64,000 nt of DNA from Botryllus schlosseri (taxonomy: Eukaryota), in assembly GCA_051294905.1 (NCBI GenBank), contig CM119379.1:19530001-19594000 (forward strand). Direction: 5' to 3'. The notes under the pieces were generated by a model. That model was not told where the DNA came from and did not search any database. It saw only the letters and a program-made list of their open reading frames with translations. The translations under genes were made by a program, and so were the position numbers. Position 1 is the first letter of the stretch, and each line of letters starts with the position of its first letter. Shown here one piece after another: positions 11,560 to 23,395 of the stretch.

Positions 11560-12902
11560 CTCTCTTCTGGCTGTTTTGGCGTTTTCTGTCGAACCCTCGT
11601 CGGTATCATGGACTCAGTTTCCGACACGCTGCGCTGTCCGTTCAATCTGCTGGGTTTGGTATTGATGGCGGTTACCAGAAAAGACCCGCCGGGTATTAAT
11701 TTCCCGTAGACGAATATCGCGATTTTCAGTTTCGCTGGAGCCGCCGGCTTAAACGTGACCTCGTAAACTCCGTTTTTTATGTAGTCGATTCTGTGCGTTA
11801 CGGACGGAGGAGAATTTTCATCGTTCGCAGCCAGTTCTGTATTGGACTCTTGTGTGATTTCGTCTTCGTATCTGACGGGAAAGAAATCTTTTAACGGACT
11901 GCGTCCGTCTGACGAAACGGGCGACTCGGGTTCCTTCGACGATTGCCGCCGAGACCGTTTCTGCGGAGTGGAAAGGCTGGACCTCGAACTGTGCAACGAC
12001 ACCGGTAGTTTTGAGCCGTCCCAAGTCTTACGAAGCGATGCTGACTTACTGTAATCCTTACGATACAGCCTGTACGTGATCAAGTCGCTTTTATCAGGTG
12101 GCCCCACGTATGTTACTTGTACCGATATCGGTACTTTGCCGCTTGTCTCTAATTCTCCCGACCATGTTTTAGCGGTGAGAACGATTACATTCTCTTCCCC
12201 GGGCCTACAAAACCCGGTCGTGATGCATTCGCCTGTGATCAGGCAATTCTGCGCGACAGCGTGACTTGTTTCTACCAGGCCCGTGTCTGAAATCGTTTGC
12301 CGTGTGTTTGAGATACTTTCGATGTTTGTTACTGTGATGTGTGGGTTTTCGCATGGTACGGTAAGGTCTAGCCCTGCGGTACTGGTTATAGAACTACATT
12401 TGTTCGCGTGTGAATTATGATCATCCCCATAGCAACTGTAGCGCGCTGCGTTACCAAGCTCTGAGCGGAAGTCATAATTGCAAAGGTCGGCGATAGTTCT
12501 CGATACCTGCTGGTAAATTAAAAATGATTTCAAGTCAGGTAACGAAGGTGATGAATACTCCTTTGTGTCAAGGTCGTCGCCTTCCAAACTATCAGGTATT
12601 GATTGAGACTGTTCTGGCGACATTGCCAGCAATATTGCGTCCAAGCCGTCTTCCATGCTACGCACGCAATTCTCTGCTTTTGAAGATTGTTCCGTGAGTT
12701 TTGACCTCTTCGCGGCGCACACGGCTTCGATACTCATTAGCAAGTCACGCCTGCGTTGAGATAGCACGCTTTCGAGAAGGTCAAAACTGCTGTTTACGAT
12801 CTTCTTAGCAGACTCCGCGTTTCTGTCTAAATCCGCCAAGGTGTCAGTTATCTCGCGTAATGCTTCTTGTAAAGGCAATATCTTCCGTTCCAAATCATCG
12901 GC
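11560..12902 (-). CDS. TRIM3: TRIM2/3-like exon 2 (coiled coil + filamin/ABP280 domain)
   Basis: 1343-nt open exon with ttccag acceptor and AG|GTAC donor; coiled coil, then filamin motifs (ITGECITTG...KNGVYEVTFKP...YGKLIPGGSFLV). Confidence 0.92.
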
Positions 12903-13219
12903 CTGGAAATATACTAGAGATGTAAGCTTTACTCATTCCGAGATGTGGTAGATAACGATGTAATTCTACTTTTTAGGAATGTCAAGTATACCTGCTGCCT
13001 ACTTGCACTACTTAGTCAACTGTTCATTTTTCAGAATACTTCCACTTGTATGACCTACCTGAACAGTATTTAGGTAAATCTGCTAACTTTTTACAATTTG
13101 TATATCAAAAAGTAGAAACTAGTTTTGTGACAAGTTTGCATCACATTTATGTGTGAAAGTGTCATAAGGACCGGGCGAAATAGTCTTCATATCGCAGTAA
13201 TTGAATATATTTTCGCAGA

Positions 13220-13682
13220 TAATTACGGCACACGCGCGCCCACGACTTACAACTACTATATGGTATAGACAAAAAATACCATCGCTCTATCAAATATATG
13301 CCGGACCTGATTTGTGGAAAAGTATCTCGCCGGCTATCCGACAGTCATCGAGCATGTCCGCATTCAAGTCGAAATACAAACAATTTCTACTTAATCAGCA
13401 CTAGTTATTCCTCTAATTTACTGGGCCACGACCTGACATATCGATAACTATTCCCCGATAATGCCACCTTTTTTGTCAACTGTCCTTTTATATTATCTTC
13501 TTTTACGTTTCATTAAGTGTGCAGTGCATGCCTCCTTTATCACATCGCCTATAGGCCAGGTGGGTGTCTGATTTCGAGGACTACTCCAAGTCGTTTCGAC
13601 ACCTTCCTATCTTTCACTTTATCGCAGTCTTATATGGTGTATTGAAAAGATGAATTTGCTAGCAATAAATTGAATTGAATTG
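13220..13682 (+). mobile_element. 3' fragment of an L2/CR1-group LINE in TRIM intron 1
   Basis: YAGPDLWKSISPAIRQSSSMSAFKSKYKQFLLNQH-stop is a typical L2/CR1 ORF2 C-terminus, followed by a 3' UTR and an AATAAATTGAATTGAATTG tail. Confidence 0.75.
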
Positions 13683-14076
13683 CACCTATTCGTAGTTTCA
13701 TCAGACGTTGAACGTTAGTCGCGAAGATACATCTTTCAATGTCGAAAGTACTAACTGTTAAAAGTATGTAGGCCTACTCCTAGACTAAATCTACCTTTTG
13801 AAAGTACTTATTTGAGTTGTGTTCAAACCATTCATCTTCTACTTCCACTTGAAGTAGTGGAAATGTCTTGCTAATTACCTGTAATCGAGTAGAAATTCCA
13901 CTGAAGTATTTTTGAGATGTCTCGGAACTTCTACTTTTAATTAAGTAGACATTTACGGCGTTATTTCTATATTCCTGCTTGGGTAGCAACGCTGAGTCGC
14001 TCACTATATTGATCTCCTCTGCTCATTCTATACTTAAGGATACGAGTCGTCTTCGAATAAAAGCAACAAAACAAAC

Positions 14077-14352
14077 CTGCTTCAACAAGGCTTCCTCACA
14101 TTCGGAGGACACACTCTGGAGAGTCTCCACGTTGTGTCTGTTTTCCGAGTGTTCCTTTTCGGCGCACTTCGCGCATGCCAGCATTTCGCAAGACTTGCAG
14201 TACATGGACACCGGCTTGCGACACGGGAGCCTGCACATCATCAAGTCTTCGGGCGCGTCTCGGCAGGAGTTATGTTCTTGTAATTGACTTGTTTCAGTCA
14301 TGTTCGTATCGTTGGTGTGTTCAATCTTCTCGTCGTCGCATGGATTTTCCAT
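14077..14352 (-). CDS. TRIM3: TRIM2/3-like exon 1 (B-box); ATG at 14352 may or may not be the true start
   Basis: CRLPCRKPVSMYCKSCEMLACAKCAEKEHSENRH B-box-like motif; phase-0 donor CAG|GTTTGT joins exon 2. An AG acceptor 4 nt upstream of the ATG implies a further upstream exon or outron. Confidence 0.85.
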
Positions 14353-14380
14353 TATTCTTGAAATCAGTGCTTTTCAATAG

Positions 14381-14626
14381 CAGCGGCGGTGAAAGTAGTT
14401 ATCGTTGGTACTCCGGAAGTAGAGGTAACTATTTTCAAAGTAAGTGGAAACCTGAGTATTCCAGGCCTAATTTCGCAAAATACAATTGAAAACTATGAAG
14501 TAAAACGGAGGTAATGGAAAATCACAACCAACTGACCAAGTAGTACCCTATAAGTGCACAAAACCCACCTGAGTATACTCCTAAGTAGTAGGAGTACTTC
14601 GTTACTTACCACAGTGACCACCTCTG
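14381..14626. repeat. Copy of an abundant dispersed AAGTAG/TACTTC-rich MITE-like family. Related copies, approximately: 6440-7060, 9870-10150, 12960-13200, 13740-13960, 17215-17420, 28545-29090, 32050-32690, 55600-55700, 57220-57362, 62400-62520, 63003-63251
   Basis: Shared termini CAG(G/A)GGTGG..AAAGTAGTC...TACTT..CCACCTCTG; shared internal CATGTTTGGATCAC.TCTATG in the 28.7 kb and 32.2 kb copies; boundaries approximate. Confidence 0.6.
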
Positions 14627-17600
14627 GTCATAAGTTATAGCACCAATTAGGGATGGTGTTTCTCTGAAAGGTTCAGGTTCGTGTGAACGCAAACCTTTTT
14701 GAAAGGTTCTGTGTGAACGCGAATGTCGCCAAATCTATCAACCGGGGCAATCAAATGATATAATCATCTAATAAAATCATTATCTTCCGTCACTTTACCA
14801 ACAATTTCGACGAGAACTTGAAATGGAATATAAGCTTACGCCTTAACGGTCTATAGGCTAGACCGGACAATGTATTCGGCGTTTGAGTATTGCTATATAC
14901 GTTGATGTTGAGCTGAGTGTAAAACGGGTTTCTATACATGCTACCGATATAACCCCAGTAACAAGTTATACAGCAGTAGCCAACACCCCAATAGCACGGA
15001 TTTGGTTTTTATGATACAGTAAACATATGAAATCAAGATTGACCCCGTACGCCAGCTAGATTTTTTACACCAGACAACGATATTAATTTCATTGATTGGT
15101 TAATAAGCATCATTTGCTGACTACCTACATGTAGTGTAGGCCTATTTCACTCTTGATGTTGTTTGATTGCGGGTTAAGCTGATAGCAGAGAGTCACTTAA
15201 TATTCACTAACGGAATGCTGGATATTTCTAGCAAACTTTTGTAACAAAGCAATTAAAATTTTTGAGATGGTCACGGTGCATGCTCGTCCTCGTTTAGTCT
15301 TAATTTTGTTTATGCTGCCATCGACATGCATAGAGCGGCCCGCAGTTGAAATGCAATAGCTTTCAACCAAAGATAGTATAATGAAGTGAAAATTGTAATA
15401 TATGAAAAAGCTTCACAGTGCAGTGGACGTGAACCTCTGAATTTCCGAGGTTCACACACAGAACGCGAACGTGAACCTCACATGCACAACTTTGCCTGTA
15501 CCAATTACAAATATTCGTTGTGCGAAGTGGCAGTAACTGGATGCGCGACCAAATTCAAATTTACTGTGATAATGTCAATATGCGAGAGTATTTGATTGTA
15601 TTTCATTGTTATTAAATGTATTTCGGCTTTCAAGTAGGATCGTGGAAATAAATATTCGGATGTTTAATGACAGATAAACGTATTACGTATTATACGTCAT
15701 CCAAACCAATTATAGTCATATGCGATTGCACAATGCACAAATGCACTTGTAGGCTTACATTTTACATATATTAATATGAACGTCGCACGTATCTGTCTTG
15801 GCATCAAACACAAACACCTATAAGCAAATAAATTGATGCCGTGATGGTGATGCTTATAGTATATAATAACCATCATATACCCTTATTCATTTCGAAAATA
15901 CACAACATATATTGTGCCGCAAGCTTATACAGCATCCTTGGATCCGTTATAGTGAAGTAAAGTAATCTTCACTCCAAGGATGTAGCATGACCTCTAATCT
16001 TCAATCTCTTGGCAAGATCGCTTACAATGTAAGCCTTACATCAAATAGTCACGCGACTTCCCTACGCATTCGACTATTGTATATTTTATATCTCCCCTTG
16101 ACAACATACGGAATTAGGACGAGACTTTGCAATACAGTAAAATCACACATGTCCCTTGGCTTGCCTATAGGTTAAGGGCATTCGTGACAGATACCTAAAC
16201 ACGAATCCCATACCCAAAAACCAGAATACAAACTAACTTGACAATAAACGGATTTGTTGGCAAATCGCAAACTTAACTTTTCGTTAGACTTGGACTGGTG
16301 ACCGAATATTTGGCAGTGCATCAACATTTAACAGGCTTTGGCTTCGGTCAATTTTCACAGCAAGTATAGCACTTGCCACTTGGCAACAAGATAGTTCCTT
16401 CTCGAAATTATAAATGCTGATTGCGAACATCTCGAACAGGACAGATTTTTTTAAATAATCTCAAGCTTAAAGCTGTTGATTTAGTAATCATGGTCTTCCG
16501 ACATCAATGGTCATCGAGCATTTTACACGAGGCCTTATGATTCTTGCACTGCTCAGTTTAGTTAGGCTTTTGTAAAGCGCCGTGGAACGTGGAACACCTA
16601 CCGCGTAGCTAGAATAAAAAAAAGTTGAACGTGACAAATATGCAGGAACGAGTGCATGGTGTGGTGACTTAGCGAACCAAATCACGTCCCAACATCCAAA
16701 ACTAAACGCGAAAGCTAGAAATAGCTATCTTTAAATGGATTCTTATTCGAAATTCCTGTTCTATATGCAGATTGCCAAGTGCGCTCCACGATAAGGTTTT
16801 AGTTTCAGACGTTCGCTTGGTTGCTTCGATTTGCAAATGATCAGCAGGAAGCAGGCTACCCAACTCATCTCTAATACGCTGAACTCGAAATCAATTATGG
16901 TGGCGCGGTCAGCATTGCGAAAATGTCGAAATCGATCACCTTTATTTTACGAAACTATGGAGCCTTCTGCTACCTACATTCAATTTCTGATTATCCGCGT
17001 GACAATCTATCCAAGGTCGAAAGCTATCGATAATATATTAGTCGCATGCTGCCGCAGCATATGTGTCGCAGCAGTAAGTGAAGTGGATCACAGTGATTTT
17101 TTTCATGACTGGCGGAGCCGTTGTTCAATCAATACTCTACGAACCAATAAATATGCAAACCATATAATAACAGTTCGTCGATGAAATACGCCGTTTCTCA
17201 GCACGAGGAACGTCCAGGGGTTGCCGAAGTAGTCAGCGTTGCTAATCAAGTACAAGTATACTTAACGCTGTAAATTTTTACTCTATTGTTAATATAAGTA
17301 TAGCACCTTGAAAGAAATGTCAAAACCAATTCCAGTAGAAGTAGAAATCTAGATTTGAAAAGTACTCCAGTAGGTACTAGGTAGTTACAAAAAGTAGATT
17401 CAGTATAGATGGGGCGCATGGGACACTATACGACTGGGTACAATTTTCCAAAATATATTATCGTGATACCGGTGCTCTTCCAACCAGTTGTCATTACAAT
17501 CAAACTCGTAAAAGTGATGAAAACATATCACAAATCTATATTCTACATTTAAAAAATCCATACCGTGTTATAAGTCGGCCGCTACGGAAAATAATGAAGA

Positions 17601-20128
17601 ATATCGGCCTGGTGTAAATGACCATAGTAGTCGAGAAACACCACGAATACCACAAAAAACCGTTAGAAGTAAGTAGTTTTTCCTGATAAACTGTTAAGTA
17701 GGAGTGAAATGAGTCTAAAACATAACCAATTGAGTAAGTAAGACCTACTTGATTGCTCGGAACAAGAAGAAGTGCTACACCAACTGCAGACTGCATATCC
17801 TCCTCAATCTCTAACATGATTACGTCAGTTTGAATAGTATACCCTTCACTACAAAAGTTGGCAGCATGTACCTGACCGACACGCTTCTAGGCATCAAGTA
17901 ACCGGTTGTTAACGATTATAACTATGTTTTATACTAGCGTACGAAACAACTAGTGTGGTACCAGTATTCGAAAATCGTTTGATTTGTATACAAATATTAT
18001 GCGCATAACATTTGAGACGCCGATTGCCTGGGGTGGACTATGCTAACCACATCACGACTGAACATGAACAGTGAACACTTAACAGATGTTACAGCAGAAT
18101 AGGAAATTCGTCCAACATATCCTGTTATCATAACAAAACGGAAACATGTCCGGCAAGTAAACACTTAGTTGATACATGTCCGGCCAAATTACAGAGATAG
18201 AACGTGTCAAGATTTTTACGTCACTTCAGAGTTGAATCTTTTTCATGCATTGTCTTGTAGCAATAGGTACCTAACCTTATACCTATTAAGTATTAACCCG
18301 ATCGAAGAATTACTGATATCTCAGTCGTATCTCTGGTAGAATCATCAGTTAGTCATCTGCAAATGAATCTTCCTGCAAGTGAACAAAATACGTAATATAT
18401 CTCACTTCTGTTGCTTTCGAATGCGCAGAGTATTCTGTATCTTACAATGAGCCGTATGCTTGCTAAGCAAATTTAGGTCTACGACAAATTTAAGGTAAAA
18501 TTTGTCTTCAACTGGACAGATATCCAGAATTTTCAGAACATGCCGCTCGTACCAACGGTGCTTGTCGCAATTAGGCTTGTGTTGCCTACCTTTTGTACGG
18601 CACATTGTAACAAATGATGTTTGAACAGTAGCCGTACAAAACAAACATGATACTAGTTGAAATACATACCAATGCTCCCCGAAACATATTAATTTACGAG
18701 GAGTGCCCCTTCAACTTTATTCCTCTCGCATTGTTGCTGCAGTAGAGCTACAGGTCTTGCTCCAGCGTTGTTCTACACATACTGTCAGCAGTTGTGGACA
18801 ATGTGACTAGTGAATACGTTGACTAAACACCGGTATTGTCTAACTCGAGAGACAATATTCCACGTGTCATTAAACAGGGCCGTCTTTGAATTAATGAATC
18901 GAAATTGATGACACTGTCTCTCCCCACACGATTTCAATACATATACAGATCGCGTTGGATTTCGTTGTTATATCTGCCAACCTACACATATAAGCCCATC
19001 GTCCATATCCCAAATCCGAGATATGACGAGTGACAACATCGATATCACATGCCGAGTGCTGCTGAGTAAAAATACGCCTTGATCGAACTGTTCCAGTGTT
19101 CATATTCTCAACTTGCGCACATCGCATTCGACATCCGACAACAAGAGCCCGAGCTTCAGAATTCAATTCACAATAGCAAAGTTGTAGCCTATTATACTGA
19201 TGAATAGACCTACAATATAGCCTACAATTGTACAATGTACATGAGAAGAGCCAATGGTTATATAAATACATCAATATTAGTCATAAAGATTGATATCGGT
19301 AATTTTCATAAACTAGCCTTCTGCTTCACATCGGTCTTTTAACTGATGTAAAAAGTTGTCAGCATGGACGAAAACTTTGAATACCTACCCTCATGGTCAA
19401 TACTAGTTGCGACGCTCTGGTATGCACTACAGCTAAATCTGAAAAATTGCCAGACTTGTAAATCATGTAATCCCCGCTTCTTGGCATATCTTGTTTACAA
19501 AGCTGGATTAGATAACATGCGACGGACATTCGACAAGCTCTCGGAAGGAGTGGTATGCGTAATCTTGAATTGATAACACGCTCAGTCGCTCACTGCCCAA
19601 GAGTCCATGCATACAATATCTTCCACTTACGACTCAAACACAGGTCGGTGTGACATCAACTGCACGTTACAGTCAGAATTGAATGTATCGATTCCGGGTT
19701 CGGACAAATCCAATGACTTTAGTTTGCTAGGGATCATGCGGAGAGCATAGATCTCACGAATAATTTATAGAAATCGAATAGCAGCAATGGTATTGAAGTG
19801 CGCGATCCACAGGCCACTGCTCTTCACGTGAGGAGATCCGCAATTTACAGCAGCGCAATCAATACTTCATCTTGATTTCGTCTGTTATTCACGCTGTACG
19901 AGAAAGGTGGATTATATTCACTAAATTAGTACTGCGGTGATGATATATGTCCGTAAAGCACATATGTAGAATGTAGATGGAGAAATGCGGTTATATCAAA
20001 ACCCATCATCATCATCACCAACATTCATCATTGTAACGTACTGTCATTTTCCGCAAGATGATGCTGACGAGCATACCTCGATGAAAAAGGATTGATTCGG
20101 CAAACACAAAATCTAAATCAGCATATAC

Positions 20129-20238
20129 TAGGGTTACCATATGTTCTCTTGTTTGACTTTTTTGAAAGTGTCCTCGGAGAACGCCTAAATCTCCTCTTTT
20201 TTGAGAATTTGTCCTCGTTTTGTGAAAATTTTGGTTAA
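20129..20238. mobile_element. End of a TAGGGTTACCA-type DNA-transposon/MITE, abutting the R2-like insert; a homologous end lies inverted at about 43990-44084
   Basis: TATACTAGGGTTACCA at 20124-20139 is the exact reverse complement of 44074-44089; shared subterminal TGT.CTC.GAG.ACGCC.AAAT. Confidence 0.55.
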
Positions 20239-20950
20239 ATGTTCGTGGAAACTGGACTGAGATATAGGAAATCAGCAGAGGTGGTCAAAGGAGTCAATAC
20301 AGCTACTCCATCACGAAAATCAAGGGGGAGGCCGAACACGAACCCCAGGTGCGAATGCTGTGGAAAAATAGCTTCGCTGGGGCATATTTTACAAGTATGT
20401 CCACGAACCTATGGCACTCGCATTAAAAGGCACAATCGGGTTGTCAGTTACGTGAAAAGCTGAACGCAAAAGGCTGCGAGGTCTGGGTCGAGAGTCGAGA
20501 CCACAATCAAGACATCAGAGACATGGAGGAGACCTGATCTAATAGTTGTGGACCGGAATGCAAAAGTGGCAACGATAATGGATGTCACCATTGTCTCTGA
20601 CAGCGCCGACCTGGATAAAGAGCAGAAAGGCAAAGTGGAGAAATACCAGACTCCACATATCCTGTAATGGGTAAAATCACGAACAAAGATGGAGGAGATA
20701 CGTGTCGCCGGCATAGTGCTGGACTGGAGAGGATCCTGGGACGTGAGAAGCGCGGAAGGACTGAGCAAATCTGTGGACATGACAGTCCCAGACCTCCGGA
20801 AAATCGCAGCTATTGTATGCGAGGAAGGTATCCATGAATGGATCAGGTGAAGCAAGTCGACTAACCGCATTGCTCGAACGCCGCGTTATAGACGATGAAT
20901 TGCCCGAAAGGGTGACGACATGCTAAGATATCCTTCAAATATTTAATAAA
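20239..20950 (+). mobile_element. 5'-truncated R2-like (RLE clade) non-LTR retrotransposon, pseudogenised
   Basis: CECCGKIASLGHILQVCPRTYGTRIKRHNRVV (CCHC knuckle), then RRPDLIV...IMDVTIV...KVEKY and LDWRGSW (PD..D/E restriction-like endonuclease). Stops at 20461 and 20666, compensating -1/+7 indels, natural stop 20848-20850, short 3' UTR. Confidence 0.88.
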
Positions 20951-22127
20951 CTGTGAAATATTCTATCTAGATCTTGCATTTACAAATAAAAACAGATAGG
21001 GGTTAATTGCGACTCGTGTCAAATTTAATTAATTAGTCCTGCGGCATCCGTCCGAAAACGAGCTCCAATATAAAATCACAGTTTCGTGGAAGATGGGCTG
21101 GCAACAATCTTCCGAAGCTTCTTATTTTGTATTAGCTGGAGGAATATTTCAATCAAATTTGCATAACATCAGTTGTTGATTAGGAATAGGAATAAGACGT
21201 TTTATATTTTTGTGCTTGATGTTCTTGCGGCATATATACGGACTCGTGATACACATTCTCATTAACTGGCAATATAAATACCCTGAGTGTATGATGTACA
21301 TATGCGCTGGATAAGGAAGGTCTAGAAAAAGCTTTCTAGGGCTTTCTTCGTCTTACATCACCCCTCCATCACGGAAATGTTATGCGCCAAGAGCCAATAT
21401 ATAATATTGCATTCCTCGCTGTGGCGCTAAAGAGAAAGAAAAATATGTTGTATTGATTACCCTGCCCTGCTCGGAAATAGCCTATTTCGTACAATTGAGC
21501 AAATCAGAATTATCAGATGCCACTGCGGGTCATGCTTTGCAGGTGTGTTATCTTTCCTTTTTTAGTTTATCATTTAATATCAAGCGAGACAATGCATCTA
21601 TTTACAGCATGATTATAATCAAGTGATGTCGGTAAAATACATTGGAATGATTCCAAATCGATGCATACGCTCGGTACACTGTGAAATGATGGATGTTTTC
21701 ATATGAAGCGATGCAAACGTATTCGTATACTGATAGATATAGGGAACTCGTTTCCTGCTATCACATAGGTCGCGCACAGGCTAATGACCCAGACCTGACA
21801 TAAATCGGACGCACCTGTAGTAACACTTCGATGTAGATTATATTCTCAAGTTTGAGATAAGAATATCGCTTAAAATTTGGCTGGTGTTTGTAAACACTGT
21901 GTCCGGAAAACGCCATAATTTTGTATGATTTGACATGTCAAGAATGGTAACCGCAGGAAATGTATGCGGTGGTGTATAACGAGACGTGTGCTTCCATATG
22001 TGTGTGTTTCCTCTACTTTTAAGCGACTACACAGTACAACTACACAGTAATACTGATGCCACGGTATCTAGTCTTTGCCAGTCAATTCTACCTGGAATTC
22101 TTCTTCTTGGCTACCAGCATTCTAGAT

Positions 22128-23395
22128 CAGTGGTTCTCAACATTTTCAGCCTGCGGACCGGTAAAATTTCAAAACAAATATCTACAACTGAAAACATTTA
22201 ATCAGACATTTCCGGCTGTCTTTATGCTATTTCACCTGTTTTGCATGGTTCTATCGAATTTTCTGGGAGGAATATTCCTGTTAAAACCGCCAGCTCATTG
22301 TTGTATGTTGAGTTTATTTTGCAATAAATGCGACTTCTCTATTAGATTCTATTATACTGTCAGATGTCGCTAGATTATACTGTCGAATATTGGTAAATTT
22401 TGTTTAAAATCTCTTCTTTCGCATATGACTGGTCTTGAAAAAGTTACTGGCTACTTTTATATTTGATACAATACTTGCAGCTAGGGTTACATTTAAAACT
22501 TATGGTGTTTTAAAACACTTTGTTAAATATATGTTTTAAACAGTGTTTTAAAAAAAATGCCTTTTTAAAAAACAAAATTGTTTTATATATTTTTTCAAAA
22601 GTTGTATATTCATTCTATAACTGAATATACTATTCAATTGCATATTGAAGTTCTGTCCTCCAAGAAGCTCTTCCAAGATTCTATAATTGTGAACATACTT
22701 TCGAAAAAAATGAACATGTAGCCTACAGACGATTTGCACCCGATACAGCCAACGTGTATACAACATGGAATGGTTAGAGCCCTCGAAATCGTCGTCGGTT
22801 CAACAATTATAGCACGTATATGTAGATAATTGGCATGGAATGGATGTTCTGATTATGATGAACGCCGTCCGTAAAAATGCTACCTAACGATATAGTCCTG
22901 GTTAAAGATATTGTTTGTCCGTTTATGACAGGGGTCGGAAGCCTTTTTCGTCAAAGCACCCATATTCACCCTATGTTCCCAATTGTAAATGGCAATCCAT
23001 TGTGACGTCACAATAAAAATCGTGGCGTCATGGTTAAAAATATAACTAGAATAGGCTTTTCGAAGTACAGAACTTCAATATTGCAGCAAGCATATAACTT
23101 ATTTTCAACAAGGGTCATGTTTTAAACATGCTCGTTTCAAGTTGATTTTTGTTTTAAATGCAAACTACTTGCAGTACTGCGGTGTAGGATAAGCCGGAAG
23201 TGTATACCATGAACTCTATATCAAATCGAAAAGCGTTCTAAATCGTGTTTTAAATTTCTAATTCAGATGAAATTTGATGTTTTTCCTCTAATAATCTAGT
23301 TAATGGACAAACCTTTAAGATATTTCATTCTGTATAATGAGAATGAAATTCAAACATTTTGGCGGACCGGCCGGTTGGTTGACGTGAACCACTTG
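22128..23395. mobile_element. Degenerate hAT-like element with nested fragments
   Basis: Left CAGTGGTTCTCAAC...GCGGACCGG and a degenerate right end GCGGACCGG...TGAACCACT; TSD not recognisable; another MITE end at about 22930. Confidence 0.4.
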
